A DNA stretch of 49,984 nt, counting the filler, from Sphacelaria rigidula (taxonomy: Eukaryota): the NCBI GenBank assembly GCA_964200075.2. It is 3 parts of 3 records of this genome, joined end to end, with 100 filler letters (N's around TTAATTAATTAA, not from the genome) between each part and the next. Parts side by side here need not be neighbours in the genome. Positions count along the whole stretch, not along the records: positions 33,391 to 49,984 come from CAXNAA020001305.1; 2 more parts are not named here. One strand, 5' to 3'. The notes below the pieces were generated by a model. That model had not been told where the DNA came from. It saw only the letters and a list, made by a program, of their open reading frames with translations, and did no database searches. Within the stretch, counting starts at the first letter, position 1; every line of letters starts with the position of its first letter. Shown here piece by piece: positions 47,090-49,984 of this stretch. The translations under genes and the position numbers were made by a program.

Positions 47090-49811
47090 CTGGTGTGGGA
47101 AAACATGGCAAGACAAAAGACACCAGAACTCAAGTAAAACAATCTATGATTGATACAAGACTAAATACGTTCAGACAGGTAGAGAAGCGAAATGGGCTAG
47201 ACCGAACGTGAAGAGAATTGCGTGTGTGGCACGAGTTGAACCGCATGTGAACACTCATGGTTACACATTGGCGGTACAGTACAAGTACGTCTAGTTGAGG
47301 CAAAACAACACCGAACGGTATATCTTGATCAACATACTTGGGGTCAACTCTGTATATTCTCCGGACATTGAGAGCTCATTATTAGTCCGGCGGGCTTCCC
47401 GAGCTCCAATAACCAAAATCAACTGGAACAATCTCACTCACAGCTCTGTCATGAAAGCACCAAAAGAGTAAGGGTAATGCCGACACAGTCTCTACTCAAC
47501 ACTCTTACACACGAACACCGGCACACACTTGCGTAATTTGTAGCATGGCAACAACCAGGCACTTTGCTGCTGTTGCAGCGTAGCCGCACATGGCTGCAAA
47601 CTGGCGGACCCCGACACATTCCACATCCGCTAGAGCAACTGATGTTCATGCTAGCTGTCCCCATACGACTCAGGACAACAGGCCCCACCTACACGGCCAC
47701 AGACACAAACCACGCCTTGCTACAGTAAAGATGAACACAGCAGTGGAGAGCACCTCGAGTGTGCCGTTTCTGCTGGTGTCCAAAGCTGGGTGTCAATGTC
47801 GCCGATTTTCCTTTCGGGTGAAGCAGAATATGGGTTCCGTTTCGCAACAAGAATGCCCGGAAGGTTTCTGACAAACCGATCCCAAATACTTCATGTCAAA
47901 TAACCAGACTGCCAGGATACCAGCAGCTTCTCAGCCGTCCGAACTTCCAATTCATGAGGCTCATCAGAGGTGTGTTACCTTTGTATCCGGATGTGCTGTG
48001 TCGCGAGTTTTTTAAGCTGTGTGTGCTACAATCCAAACACAGTATCAGGCCGCAGGGGACTGCTGAGATTCGGAGTCAGTCATTGTAGTCTGCTTGGACA
48101 TGCACGGTTGCACTTTGTACGCCCCCGGTTGCTTTCCAGGTTTTGCCACAGTTGTTCTGCCTTGTGCGCACACACATATATAATCACGCATCGCACCATA
48201 TAGATAACTGATGTCTTCTTGCATTTTTCAGACTCAACCGGGAGTGTAAACAATCAGCGCGCTGAACACCAGAGCCACCCTATCCGCTGTGATGTACTCC
48301 CGGCATTTCATCTATCTCAAGTGTAGTACACTTGCCTTACTCGGCCATCGTGCGAAATGCAGTTGCCATGTTGTACGCAATAAATTCTGCCGCGTTTTTC
48401 GTGGTTTTGGTCGATTCCACCCCACGTTCGTTCGGTTTCAGACCGGTGAGCCATGTGCGTGTATCTTCGCTGTTCAATTGAAATTAGATGGATCAAAATA
48501 GGTCACGTCAACTCTTCGACCGCAGCGCTCGTCAAGAACGACGCGGAATTCAGGTTGCTTAGTTTTGCTGTGTGCGCCAACACCTCGCCGGTAACACTGC
48601 CAACGCCAGTTTTCAGCTCATGTTGTCTCAACGGGCAGAAGCAGGCTGTTTAAAAATAAAAATGTCAACATAAGCTATTTCTAAAATGTCCATCCGTTCA
48701 GATTGAGAAATCCAAGCTTAGATTTAGCAGTGCAACGCAGGATACCTTGGCAACGGTGCTAGTACGCCTCGCACCGCCAGAGCAATCCCCTGTGTTCACT
48801 ATTGCTTTTTAAAACGTCTTGCCAAGGTTCTATATTAAACGTGAGCAAGGGTGCATAGTTGGGGTATGACATGATGAAAAAGAGGGAGTTTGGCCGTGGT
48901 CGCTGGTAAACCTTTCTTGGCTGCGGACCAGATACGTGTATCACAACAGTTCGAGGGAGGCCAGATACACGGTGCGGACGTATTTGGGGAGCATAACGGG
49001 GAATTTTATATAATTACGGCGATACTCCCTCCCCCGTCCTCGACCTGGGGAGACAGGCCTGCTTCGTCAAGATTCGAAACCCATAGTACATACATGAGGA
49101 CGGCAATTTAGATGCCAGATTTCTCGCTGCAGACGATACCTAGCGCGCCACAACATGTGGAAATACGTTCCTACGCCCGAGACGATCGAGACGATCCGAA
49201 CGGCCGCGGCGGTCCTCTGTGTATTTCAAGCACAAGCTGAGAAAAAAATTATCCACTTCCTCAAGAGAGTATTTTAACCCCGGCTCGAAATTGAACAGCG
49301 AGAACAGAACTCGTGCACGGCCGTTCCCAGAAGTAGGCCAAAGTGAACACAGAGCACCGAGAATATCTTCCAAAATTCAAGCACGTGCGGGGAAATCTCG
49401 TATCCGGAATGGGTGGCACGAAGGGTACGTCCCGGTAGCGGCTTGGAGGCACGACACAAAGGGAAAGAAGTGGATGAAAAATAGAAACGCGAAAGGACAA
49501 AAACCACAGCCTTCGGGATCCAAGAGTCGAGACAGCAGAAGGGGAGCTAAGTCGCCTGCGATCAAAACACGCCGAAACTGGAGAGAACGCTGTCGTCGCT
49601 GTAGTAGCGGTTGCGAAAGCGAAAAAGGGGGCAGTAGCGGTGCTAACCCTAACCCTGCAGAGGCAAGGGTTGCAGCTGCTGCAGCCATGCGATGTAAAAA
49701 AAAAAAACAGGTGCTTAATAGTGCAATTAACACACTACGCTCAACGTTGTACGGTTCTTTTGAAGAAACAGTGCCAAGAATATCATCAATAGTGCGGTAG
49801 ACCTACCGGTT

Positions 49812-49984
49812 GCCCCGGTAGCTTAGTTGGTAACCTCGAAACCTTGTGACGGTTGGGTCGTGGGGTCAAAACTCGGAGCGATCGAGGGTTTTTCTTACAC
49901 CATGCCCAACAGTGGAGAGCAACTATGTCGTGGGTACACAAAATTCGACTTAACGATCGACGAGGGAAAGGGACTGCTGAACCC
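49812..49984 (+). mobile_element. tRNA-derived SINE (truncated by the window end)
   Basis: A-box TAGCTTAGTTGG at 49819, degenerate B-box near 49863; body related to 17852-17948. Confidence 0.6.

Noticed and set aside
49219..49800. 193-aa basic ORF
   Set aside because: Non-ATG start, low complexity, crosses A-runs, no recognisable motif.
49812..49890. Functional tRNA gene
   Set aside because: B-box degenerate, no cloverleaf, and it continues into a repeated body; better explained as a SINE.
1..49984. Fanzor/TnpB, intact transposase or endogenous giant-virus core genes
   Set aside because: No RuvC, DDE, capsid or polymerase motifs recognised in the ORF track; highly decayed relics cannot be excluded without a profile search.

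Overview
Eukaryotic, repeat-rich, intron-containing DNA, almost certainly from a brown alga (Phaeophyceae), judged from a kelp-type vanadium bromoperoxidase and LI818/LHCX antenna genes with stramenopile-type targeting peptides. The window is not one locus. It consists of three pieces (1-16595, 16696-33290, 33391-49984; 16595/16595/16594 nt) joined by artificial N44-TTAATTAATTAA-N44 spacers. Piece 1 holds the 5' exons of a leucine carboxyl methyltransferase (LCMT1-like, minus strand) and, divergently, the first two exons of a secreted vanadium bromoperoxidase. Piece 2 holds two complete 4-exon LHCX/LI818 paralogues (226 aa each) arranged head-to-head around a 993-bp spacer, with TE-filled introns. 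Piece 3 holds a decayed Ty1/copia element, three copies of a TIR element with an internal ~42-nt tandem array, a ~1.9-kb exon of an unknown protein and a SINE head. Most ORF-track entries are spurious. I found no convincing new multi-gene system. The best leads are the LHCX pair (atypical helix-2 motif, mosaic identity, TGACG-rich shared promoter), the array-carrying TIR element and the unknown protein. All family assignments are from remembered motifs and by-eye alignment, not database searches.
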